In this document: positions 7,692-15,419 of the stretch, piece by piece
How the letters are laid out: each line of letters starts with the position of its first letter
Position numbering within the stretch: position 1 is the stretch's first letter
Source: Candidatus Woesearchaeota archaeon
GTDB taxonomy: Archaea > Nanobdellota > Nanobdellia > Pacearchaeales > GW2011-AR1
Length of the DNA: 26,515 nt
Assembly: GCA_964444275.1 (NCBI GenBank)
Contig: CAYUGD010000002.1
Coordinates: forward strand, 1-26,515
Reading direction: 5' to 3'
The notes under the pieces: generated by a model
What the model saw: the letters and a program-made list of their open reading frames with translations, nothing else
Database searches by the model: none
Told to the model about the DNA's origin: nothing
Made by a program: the position numbers and the translations under genes

Positions 7692-8498
7692 TTATTTTAC
7701 AGGCTTCATCTCTTTCCACGCTAAATCAAAAAGCTGTTCAAGCGCCTGAGCAAAGAATTCTGTGTTAATCCATACACCAACATCGTAATTAGGATGGAAT
7801 TTTTCGTCGTCGAGAAGCATGAACATAAGCTGATTTGAATCAATTATTACAAATCTTGCTTTGAAATTTTCTACATTTTTTACCTTTGCGACCTTTTTGA
7901 AATCTTTAGCAACTTTTATATTATTTTTATTAATCGGCGCAGCAATTCTTATGTTAACTCCTCTTTTTTTGACCTTTTCTAGACTTGGCATTAAAATCTC
8001 CATCTTTCTGTTAATACCTTCTTCTGTGGTCATAATAGTGATTGTCTCTTCAGCTTCCCTTATCATCATATCAAGATGATTATACAAATTCTGTCTTCCT
8101 TTTATGCTTCCAGACAAGTCTGAGGGTTCGACAAATTTAATTCCTTTAGTGAATAAAGAATTCAGTTCTTCAAGAACCTCGTCGTTTTTCAACTTCTCAA
8201 GTCTTTTTGATTTTTCCTTTGCTCTGGTTAAGAGATTTTTTTTAACTCGCTCAATGACTTCCTCTGGTTTTAGTGCAACGAACTTGATTGGCTTCCCGAG
8301 CTTCATTACGATGAATCCTTTTTTCTCCAAGCTTTCAAGAATATCGTATGTTCTGGACCTCGGAACGTCAGATATGCTGCTTAATTCTCCTGCAGTGCTT
8401 GTCCCTCGGGAAAGAAGAGCGGCCCAAACTTTTACCTCGTATAAGTTGAGACCAAAAATTTTTCTCAGTCTGCTCAAAAATTCTTCTTTGATTATCAT
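7692..8498 (-). CDS. TrmB-family transcriptional regulator / chromatin protein
   Basis: wHTH FGLNLYEVKVWAALL..TAGELSSISDVPRSRTYDILESLEKKGF. C-terminal PLD-like effector domain (ARFVIIDSNQLMFML). Confidence 0.88.
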   Translation of the reverse strand: MIIKEEFLSRLRKIFGLNLYEVKVWAALLSRGTSTAGELSSISDVPRSRTYDILESLEKKGFIVMKLGKPIKFVALKPEEVIERVKKNLLTRAKEKSKRLEKLKNDEVLEELNSLFTKGIKFVEPSDLSGSIKGRQNLYNHLDMMIREAEETITIMTTEEGINRKMEILMPSLEKVKKRGVNIRIAAPINKNNIKVAKDFKKVAKVKNVENFKARFVIIDSNQLMFMLLDDEKFHPNYDVGVWINTEFFAQALEQLFDLAWKEMKPVK

Positions 8499-8575
8499 AT
8501 TTTTATCTTTCCTCTTTTTTATTATCCCACCTTTCTTTTTAAAGATTGTTATGATAAAAGAGTGACCTCAAGGGA

Positions 8576-11392
8576 TTACCTCTTGGTAATAATTATTTCC
8601 CCTCTTTTATCTTTTATACTAAAGTTGATTTTGTTTTTAAAGTTTTCCTTCGTTTTGTTTTGAGCGTCTGTGAAAACCTCCAATTTTTTGGAACCAGTCC
8701 TCTCTTTTATGAAATTTTTGTTTTTCTCAAGAATCTCTCCGAGTTCCTTGCCTACGAGAATTTGTAACTCAATTCTGTCTTTTTTTTCGAGCCCGAGTTT
8801 CTTTCTGAATGTCTGGACTTTTCTTGAAACCTCGCGTGCGTAACCCTCTGCTTCAAGTTCAGGCGTGAGTTTCGTATCAAGTTCAACAGAAATTTCTTTT
8901 CCTTTTTTGAATTCTATTTTTCTAACATTCAACTGGTTGAGGATTATTTTTTCTAACTTTTTGTTTGGTTTTTCATCATGATTGATAATTGCTTTTGCAA
9001 GCGGCCATCTTAAACCAATCTTTAACCTGTCTCTTTCTGCAAGACCTTTTTCGATTATTTGGAGCGCGGTCTCAAAATCCGCCTCAAGTTTTTTGTTAAT
9101 TTTCTTTTTATCGGCTCTCGGCCACGACGACAAATGCACACTTTCTTCTTTAACAATTTTTTTCTGTTTCAAATCCTGCCAGATTTTTTCTGTTACAAAC
9201 GGAATTATTGGGGAAAGAATCTTCAGAAGTTTTGTTCTTATTTCATTCATAAGTTCGTAAACCTCACCGCTTCTTTCCCTTATAATCTGTATGTATGTCT
9301 TGCTAAAATCTTTAATTACAAACTCCTCTAATTTTTGAATCACTTCCGGAAGCCAAAATTTCTCATATCTCTTTTCTGTTTCTGAGATTAATTTATTAAG
9401 TTTAGATAAAATCCATTTGTCTTCTATCTGCGTCTTCGCTCGTCCTTTTTCAATTTGATTAACAAAATTGTTTAAGTTAACTAAGACTCTAAACACGTTC
9501 CGTATGTCTTTGAATTCTCTTTCATCGTAAGCAAAATCTTCTCCCTTGGATATTTTGGAAAAGTAGTACCTTAATCCGTCTCTCCCGTACTTTTCGATTG
9601 CGTCGCGCGGCGAGACTATGTTGTCCAGAGATTTTGACATTTTTATTTTTCCAAGGTCAAGGACCATTCCATGAACCAAAATATTTTTGAAAGGTTTTTT
9701 TCCGAATCTTATTTCAGACAAAATCAGCTGTGAGTTCCACCACCCGCGGAACTGGTCTTTTCCTTCGATGTTTAAATCCGCAGGCCAGAATTTTCTGAAG
9801 AGTTTTCCATTTTTAGAAAAATCAAGAGCAGCCCAGCTTGAAACTCCTGAATCAAACCACACATCAAGAACTTCTGGCACTCTTTTCATCCTCCCGCCAC
9901 ATTCACACTTCCAGGATATTTTATCAATTTCCGGTTTGTGCAAATCCTTAACTTTTGTCTTTGATTTTTTTTCAAGCTCTTTAGCACTTCCGACAACAAC
10001 CCTTTTCCCGCACTTATCACATTCCCATATTGGAAGAGGGGTCCCCCAGTATCTGCTTCTTGAAATCGGCCAATCAGAAATTCCTTCCAGCCAAGCTTTC
10101 ATTCTTAATTTCATGTAAGAGGGGGACCAGTTAACTCTATCATTTTCTTTTATTAACTTCTCGTGAATTTTGCTTATTTTGAAAAACCACTGCGGGACAG
10201 AAATCATAATCAAAGGAGTTTTACAACGCCAACAGATTGGGTAATCATGTTCATGTTCCTCTTTGTAAACCAAAGAATTACTTTTTTCCAAATCCTCTAT
10301 TATTTCGCTGTCAACCTCTCTTGCTTTTTTCCCTTTATATTTGCCTGCCTGCGGCGTTAATGTTCCATCTATTTCCACCAAACTTACTATGGGAAGATTC
10401 TCTTTCTGGCCTGCATCAAAATCTTCCTTCCCGCACCCGGGCGCAGTATGAACCAAACCTGTTCCCTCCTCAAGATTTACATATCTCTCGTTTAGAATAA
10501 TCCGATACATCTTTTCAGTCTCTTTAAGTTTGAGATGCTTTGAGAGGGGATTTTCGTATTTCTTATCTTTAAGCTCCTTGCCTTTGAACTCTCTTTTTAT
10601 TTTATAATCCTTGCTAACCTTTTTCATCAATTCTTTCATCCTTTCTTTTGCAATTATCCATCTTTCTCCGCAGACTTCTGCTTCAACATAATCAAACTTA
10701 GGATTAACCATCACGCCGGTGTTACTTGGAAGGGTCCACGGAGTTGTAGTCCATATAATTAAAAATTTGTCTTCATTTTTAAATTTAAATTTGACATAAA
10801 CAGAAGTGTCTTTTTGTTTTTTGTATTCGATTTCATTATAAGCTACCGCAGTTTCGCAGTGAGGGCATGCGTGAACAGGATATTTGCCGAGATACAAAAG
10901 CCCTTTTTCATTTGCTTTTTTGAAGGTGCCCCAAATTGTTTCAATGTAAGAATTTTTTAATGTTAAATAAGGATTTTCAAAGTCCATCCAAACACCAAGA
11001 TTCGCAAATTCTTCGTTCATCACGTCGATGTATTTAGTGGCAAATTTTTTGCATTCGTTCACGAATTTTTTGATGCCGTATTTTTCTATATCCTCTTTTT
11101 TTTCAAATCCGAGTTTTTTTTCAACTTTGTTTTCTATGGGTAGTCCGTGTGTGTCGTAACCCGGCCTGTCAAAAACATCTTTCCCTTGAAGTCTTTGATA
11201 TCTCATGAAAATATCTTTCAGAACTTTGTTGAGCGCAGTTCCCATGTGAATGTGCCCGGTGGCGTAAGGCGGACCATCCATCATATAAAATGTTTTTTTA
11301 CTTCCTTCATTTTTCTTTCTCGCTTTTTCCAGAATCTTCTTCTTTTTCCAGAACATCAAAATTTCTTTTTCTATTTTTTGCGCATTATACAT
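8576..11392 (-). CDS. ileS: Isoleucine--tRNA ligase (archaeal/eukaryote type)
   Basis: MDGPPYATGHIHMGTALNK, GYDTHGLPIE, CP1 WTTTPWTLPSN, DWPISRSRYWGTPLPIW, DVWFDSG, EGKDQFRGW and KMSKS. Confidence 0.97.
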   Translation of the reverse strand: MYNAQKIEKEILMFWKKKKILEKARKKNEGSKKTFYMMDGPPYATGHIHMGTALNKVLKDIFMRYQRLQGKDVFDRPGYDTHGLPIENKVEKKLGFEKKEDIEKYGIKKFVNECKKFATKYIDVMNEEFANLGVWMDFENPYLTLKNSYIETIWGTFKKANEKGLLYLGKYPVHACPHCETAVAYNEIEYKKQKDTSVYVKFKFKNEDKFLIIWTTTPWTLPSNTGVMVNPKFDYVEAEVCGERWIIAKERMKELMKKVSKDYKIKREFKGKELKDKKYENPLSKHLKLKETEKMYRIILNERYVNLEEGTGLVHTAPGCGKEDFDAGQKENLPIVSLVEIDGTLTPQAGKYKGKKAREVDSEIIEDLEKSNSLVYKEEHEHDYPICWRCKTPLIMISVPQWFFKISKIHEKLIKENDRVNWSPSYMKLRMKAWLEGISDWPISRSRYWGTPLPIWECDKCGKRVVVGSAKELEKKSKTKVKDLHKPEIDKISWKCECGGRMKRVPEVLDVWFDSGVSSWAALDFSKNGKLFRKFWPADLNIEGKDQFRGWWNSQLILSEIRFGKKPFKNILVHGMVLDLGKIKMSKSLDNIVSPRDAIEKYGRDGLRYYFSKISKGEDFAYDEREFKDIRNVFRVLVNLNNFVNQIEKGRAKTQIEDKWILSKLNKLISETEKRYEKFWLPEVIQKLEEFVIKDFSKTYIQIIRERSGEVYELMNEIRTKLLKILSPIIPFVTEKIWQDLKQKKIVKEESVHLSSWPRADKKKINKKLEADFETALQIIEKGLAERDRLKIGLRWPLAKAIINHDEKPNKKLEKIILNQLNVRKIEFKKGKEISVELDTKLTPELEAEGYAREVSRKVQTFRKKLGLEKKDRIELQILVGKELGEILEKNKNFIKERTGSKKLEVFTDAQNKTKENFKNKINFSIKDKRGEIIITKR

Positions 11393-11426
11393 TTTTAACT
11401 TAGTAGCGTTTTATATTTTTAAATTA

Positions 11427-12146
11427 TTAGTTAATTTCCTTAAAGCCTTCTAAAAATTCTTCTTCTGTAAAATGCAATTCTCCCGGGACAATTATACAAA
11501 AAGGGGATTTGATTTTCTTCTTTTTTAATTCTCCTGTTCTTCCATAATAAATTTTTGAGTCTTTATTTCCAAGCCGTGAGCACACAATTATTCTCATTAG
11601 ATTAACGCCTTTTTTTCTTGAATCCTTCTCAAGTTTTTTAATAGAATCTTCGAGATTCATTCCTATATCTACTAAGATTAAACTATGGGCCTTGATGCTC
11701 AGATTTTTCTTGACAATCTCAATATAGCTGTCTGCTTCGAAACTTGGCATACTCGCGGTTTTTCCGAATTTGTATATCTGCAGTCCGGTTTCCCCGACAG
11801 CGTCGAGAATTGAAGCGTTGTGGAGAACTCTAATTTTGATTTTTTCTTTTTTAGCTTCCTGGACAAGACTCATATGGGTCGTAGCTGTTAATGGCGAGCC
11901 GTAAACGAGCAGGACAATATCCATTTTTTTCGCTTCATCAATTATTTTACGCATGTTCTTTTCGACAAAATCTCTGTCTGCCTGGATGAATTTCTTACCT
12001 TCAAACCGACATCCCAGTTCTTTTATTTCATACGGAAAATCAACAGTGTACTTTTCAAGGTAAACTTTCCCTGCTCCGGAAATTATATCATAAGATTCTC
12101 TGCTGTAACTCTTTTCGTTCAGACCAAGACCAATTAAATAAAGCAT
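11427..12146 (-). CDS. dph5: Diphthine synthase
   Basis: MLYLIGLGL..., VYLEKYT, LVYGSPLTATTH, ETGLQIYKFGKTASMP, HSLILVDI, SPFCIIVPGELHFTEEEFL. ATG12146 is preferred over TTG12152 because a TATA-like TTAATAAA ends 22 nt upstream. Confidence 0.92.
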   Translation of the reverse strand: MLYLIGLGLNEKSYSRESYDIISGAGKVYLEKYTVDFPYEIKELGCRFEGKKFIQADRDFVEKNMRKIIDEAKKMDIVLLVYGSPLTATTHMSLVQEAKKEKIKIRVLHNASILDAVGETGLQIYKFGKTASMPSFEADSYIEIVKKNLSIKAHSLILVDIGMNLEDSIKKLEKDSRKKGVNLMRIIVCSRLGNKDSKIYYGRTGELKKKKIKSPFCIIVPGELHFTEEEFLEGFKEIN

Positions 12147-12268
12147 AGACAAAATAAAATTTAGGCGTTTATTAAGCTATCCCAAAATTTTTGAAGTCTT
12201 TTTTCAGAGACAATACAGATTTAAAAATAAAAATGATTTATTTCCTGATTGAAAAGAGGTCATGGAAT

Positions 12269-12304
12269 ATGGCTAAAAAGAAGACAAAAAAGAAAAAGAA
12301 GTAA
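12269..12304 (+). CDS. Candidate 11-aa Lys-rich micropeptide MAKKKTKKKKK
   Basis: TTTAAAAA at 12220-12227, SD GAGGT at 12256-12260, ATG12269 and TAA12302-12304, all in an otherwise empty intergenic gap. Confidence 0.35.
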   Translation: MAKKKTKKKKK

Positions 12305-12324
12305 TAATTAACCAGAAAATTTCT

Positions 12325-12585
12325 TTAATTTTTCATTCTTCCTCTTTTTCTTTCTTTCAAACTCCTACTCGTGACAATCGCAATAAAGAAAAAACTGAAC
12401 ATCAAAATATCATTTCTAATAATCAGCCCCGCCATTCCCCCAATCAAACTTAAAATTATAACTATTTTAAACCATTTTTGCCCTGGTTTTAATTCTTCTC
12501 TTGTCCATCGCGCGAGGAGATTTCCAACAGGGATTCCTAGAACAAGGAAAATTATGCCGGCCAAGATTTTGATTATTTCTTGCAT
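12325..12585 (-). CDS. Small membrane protein (about 3 TM), hypothetical
   Basis: Three hydrophobic segments and a basic C-terminus. Confidence 0.7.
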   Translation of the reverse strand: MQEIIKILAGIIFLVLGIPVGNLLARWTREELKPGQKWFKIVIILSLIGGMAGLIIRNDILMFSFFFIAIVTSRSLKERKRGRMKN

Positions 12586-12674
12586 GAATCATCTAAAAAA
12601 TCTTAGATTAAATACTTTCTGATTGGTCAGCTTAAACTAGAAAAATTTAAAAAAATTTAATTCTTAGTAAAAAA

Positions 12675-12887
12675 ATGTTTGAAAGAATAAATAAGATGAA
12701 ATCCAGGCACCAGATTTTTTTTGCAATTTTAATTTCTTTTGCCGTCATCTCGTTTTGGAGAGGTGTTTGGGGGCTGATGGACGAATATCTATTTCCGAAT
12801 AATTATGGATTAAGTCTTTGGATTTCCTTAATGCTAGGAATTGCGATTCTGATTACGACACACTACGCAACTAAAGAATTAATATAA
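12675..12887 (+). CDS. Small two-TM membrane protein, hypothetical
   Basis: Two hydrophobic helices around SFWRGVWGLMDEYLFP. TTTAAAAA (12646-12653) ends 22 nt before the ATG. Confidence 0.75.
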   Translation: MFERINKMKSRHQIFFAILISFAVISFWRGVWGLMDEYLFPNNYGLSLWISLMLGIAILITTHYATKELI

Positions 12888-12948
12888 TTCCTGTTTGCTC
12901 GAATTTCAACACAACAAATTTTAAAACTATTCCCTTCCTGTTTCAGCC

Positions 12949-13776
12949 ATGTACAAAAAATATCTCATAGTTGCGAGCAAACTTGACAAAGCAGGCGTGA
13001 ACATCGTGACTCAGCTCTCGCAGTTCAGGCAGAATCCTGTTTTAACTTCAATGAAAGATTCTCCTAATTTTGATTTTTATCTGTGTGAGAAAGACATTCT
13101 CCATAAAGAAAATTTGGATTTAGAAAAAATCAGTCAGTATGATTTTGTTATTTTTGCCTCAAAGCATGAATCAAAAAGCAAAAAGAAAACTCTTTCTGTG
13201 CACGCTCCTGGGAACTGGCGTTCTGCGGAATTGGGGGGCGAATCTGGAAAAGTGTGCAAAAGTTCTGCATTATTTTCAAAACAAATGTTAAAAAAATTAA
13301 ACAAAAACACAGGACAATATCATTTAAAAAATTACAATGTGACGATGGAAGTAACTCATCACGGGCCCCTGATTGAAAAGCCGTGCATATTTATAGAAAT
13401 CGGCTCAACAGAAAAGGAGTGGACAGATAGGAGAGCTGCGTTCGCGGTGGCAAAAACAATTTCAGAAACAATTGAAGAGTTTAAAAAAAATCCTTACAAC
13501 GAGGTTGCTGTCGCAATCGGTGGCCCGCACTATTGTCCTAACTTCAACAAAATCCAGTTAAACTCGAATGTCGCAATCTCACACATCATCCCCTCTTACG
13601 CAGTACCAATCACAGAAGAAATGATTAAAGAAGCAATTAACAAAACCGAGGAGGAAGTTGATTTTATTCTTCTTGACCGGAAAGGGTTAGGAAAATCAGA
13701 GCACAAGCAAAATCTTCTTAAAATCTTAAACAAATTTTACATCCCAAAAAAGAAAACAAGCGAGATAAAAAAGTAA
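12949..13776 (+). CDS. dtdA: D-aminoacyl-tRNA deacylase (archaeal DTD2 / COG1650)
   Basis: FASKH, LSVHAPGNW..AELGGE, MEVTHHGP, FIEIGS and IGGPHYCPNF. Confidence 0.92.
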   Translation: MYKKYLIVASKLDKAGVNIVTQLSQFRQNPVLTSMKDSPNFDFYLCEKDILHKENLDLEKISQYDFVIFASKHESKSKKKTLSVHAPGNWRSAELGGESGKVCKSSALFSKQMLKKLNKNTGQYHLKNYNVTMEVTHHGPLIEKPCIFIEIGSTEKEWTDRRAAFAVAKTISETIEEFKKNPYNEVAVAIGGPHYCPNFNKIQLNSNVAISHIIPSYAVPITEEMIKEAINKTEEEVDFILLDRKGLGKSEHKQNLLKILNKFYIPKKKTSEIKK

Positions 13777-14328
13777 TCACTTTTTCAATTCCCAAAGATT
13801 TAATTTTTCAAAGAACAATTTTCTACAACCAACTTTTTCGGACTTGTATTCAAAACTCTTAAAATCAATTTTTTCTGACAAAGAGCTCGTTATCAAAAAA
13901 ATTGTCCCTTTTTCATTTAAATATTCTTTAGCTTGTTCCAAGAATTTTTTTATTATCTCGTTTCCTTTTTTTCCGCCTGTTGTCGCTGTTCTGAAATTTT
14001 TGGGTTCTTTTTTGTTAAGTGGAAGGTAGGGCGGATTGAAAACTATGATATCAAACTTTTGCTTTGGGATTTTCTCAAACAAATCTGATTGCATGCAGTT
14101 GAAACCGAGATTTTTGCAGTGTTCAACAGATTCATAATTAATATCTGTACCAAAAATGTTTTCTTTTTTCAATCCGGCGTTCAAAGCTGTTTCAAGCTGG
14201 ATTCCAGAGCCAATTCCAATCTCAAGAAATTTAAGATTTGGATTTTTTCTTACCAAAACTGGAAGAACTTTTTTGAGGCAATCTGACATTAAATAAGAAT
14301 CTTCTACAGGTTGGTAAATCTCTGGCAT
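13777..14328 (-). CDS. HemK2/PrmC-like N5-glutamine methyltransferase (putative aRF1 MTase)
   Basis: IYQPVEDSYL, motif I LEIGIGSGI, FDIIVFNPPYLP and ATTGGKKG. The true start is ATG14328, because the track's N-terminal 26 aa overlap tRNA-Ser. Confidence 0.88.
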   Translation of the reverse strand: MPEIYQPVEDSYLMSDCLKKVLPVLVRKNPNLKFLEIGIGSGIQLETALNAGLKKENIFGTDINYESVEHCKNLGFNCMQSDLFEKIPKQKFDIIVFNPPYLPLNKKEPKNFRTATTGGKKGNEIIKKFLEQAKEYLNEKGTIFLITSSLSEKIDFKSFEYKSEKVGCRKLFFEKLNLWELKK

Positions 14329-14339
14329 CTTATAAAAAA

Positions 14340-14420
14340 CGCCGCAGGCAGGAATCGAACCTGCGCACCCCGAAGGGTCCAGATTAGCAATCTGGTGCAA
14401 TACCACTATGCGACTGCGGC
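14340..14420 (-). tRNA. tRNA-Ser(GCU), no intron
   Basis: GCCGCAG/CUGCGGC plus G73. CCAGA-UUGCUAA-UCUGG anticodon arm. Variable arm ACCC-UUCG-GGGU and T arm GCAGG-UUCGAUU-CCUGC. Confidence 0.95.
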
Positions 14421-14468
14421 TTGATTATCTTAGAGAAATTTAAGTTATAAAAGTTTCTTAACTTAGGA

Positions 14469-14595
14469 TAGCGGGAGTGGGATTTGAACCGCACGATCTC
14501 TGGGTGTCCGAAATCGAAGATTTCTAAGCAACTCAAAGTTCAGAGAACTTCGACTTTATGGGCCCAGCGAGGACTCCAGACTCCTCCATCCCGCT
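14469..14595 (-). tRNA. Initiator tRNA-Met(CAU) with 51-nt intron at 37/38 (14556-14506)
   Basis: A1:U72 pair (AGCGGGA/UCCCGCU) and three consecutive G-C pairs in the anticodon stem (CUGGG/CCCAG). Anticodon CAU, C33, T loop UUCAAAU, relaxed BHB. Confidence 0.9.
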
Positions 14596-14688
14596 GCAAT
14601 AAAATCTAAATAATTTTGCTTATAAAGTTTTCTTATTTTCACTAAAATATTAACAAATCTTTAAAAACAAACTTTCTTTTTTTTGTCA

Positions 14689-15381
14689 ATGAAAACAAAG
14701 TTAAAAGACCAGAAAACACTTCTCGGAGTTGACGACGCGGGTCGAGGACCTGTGATTGGCCCGATGGTTCTTGCAGGATGTCTGATTGATTCTAAGACGA
14801 GAGATGAATTCAAAAAAATCGGCGTGAGAGACAGCAAGCAACTTACACAAAAAAGGCGCGAGTTTCTGGAAGAAATAATCAAGAAAAAAGCAAAAGCCTT
14901 TGAGGTTGTTGTTTTAAATCCAGAGGAAATAGATAAGAGAAATAGTGAAGGGATAAAACTTAATGAAGTAGAAGGATTGGCTGCTGCGGAAATAGTTAAC
15001 AGAATAAATGACGGGAAAGAAAAAATAAAAGTGATAATAGATTGTCCCTCACCCAATAGAACCAGCTGGAGAGACTTTGTTCTTTTAAAAATAGAAAATC
15101 TCTCGAATTTAGAAATCGCCTGCGAACACAAGGCAGACAGAAATCACGTTGTTGTCGGGGCTGCTTCTATCCTGGCAAAAAGTGAGCGTGAGAGGCAGAT
15201 GGATAAGTTAAAGAAAATATATGGAAAAGATATGGGCTCGGGCTACAGCTCTGACCCCCGAACTAAAAAATTCCTCGAAAAAAACATAAAAAATCACAAC
15301 AACAAAGGGATATTCAGAAAAACCTGGAGCACATGGAAAAAAGCAAGCCACAAATCCAAACAGAAAAAGCTTTTTGAGTAA
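14689..15381 (+). CDS. rnhB: Ribonuclease HII
   Basis: GVDDAGRGPVIGPMV, GVRDSKQL, IIDCP, EHKADRNHVVVGAASILAK and GSGYSSDPRT. ATG14689 is preferred because TTTAAAAA ends 22 nt upstream. Confidence 0.95.
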   Translation: MKTKLKDQKTLLGVDDAGRGPVIGPMVLAGCLIDSKTRDEFKKIGVRDSKQLTQKRREFLEEIIKKKAKAFEVVVLNPEEIDKRNSEGIKLNEVEGLAAAEIVNRINDGKEKIKVIIDCPSPNRTSWRDFVLLKIENLSNLEIACEHKADRNHVVVGAASILAKSERERQMDKLKKIYGKDMGSGYSSDPRTKKFLEKNIKNHNNKGIFRKTWSTWKKASHKSKQKKLFE

Positions 15382-15419
15382 TTATAAATCTTTAAAAATA
15401 TCTTTTCGTTTCATTTCTC

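Noticed and set aside
10420-10470. IleRS editing-domain variant HTAPGCG (usually APxHG)
   Set aside because: The Thr-rich motif and the downstream catalytic Asp (KED) are intact, so one substitution is insufficient to infer loss of editing.
11644-11658. gaatcttcgagattc palindrome resembling the tRNA-intron motif
   Set aside because: It lies within dph5 coding sequence (MNLEDS), differs by an inserted base, and is plausible by chance.
14329-14406. N-terminal 26-aa extension of the methyltransferase ORF
   Set aside because: It is the tRNA-Ser sequence read as codons; homology-like sequence begins at MPEIYQP (14328).
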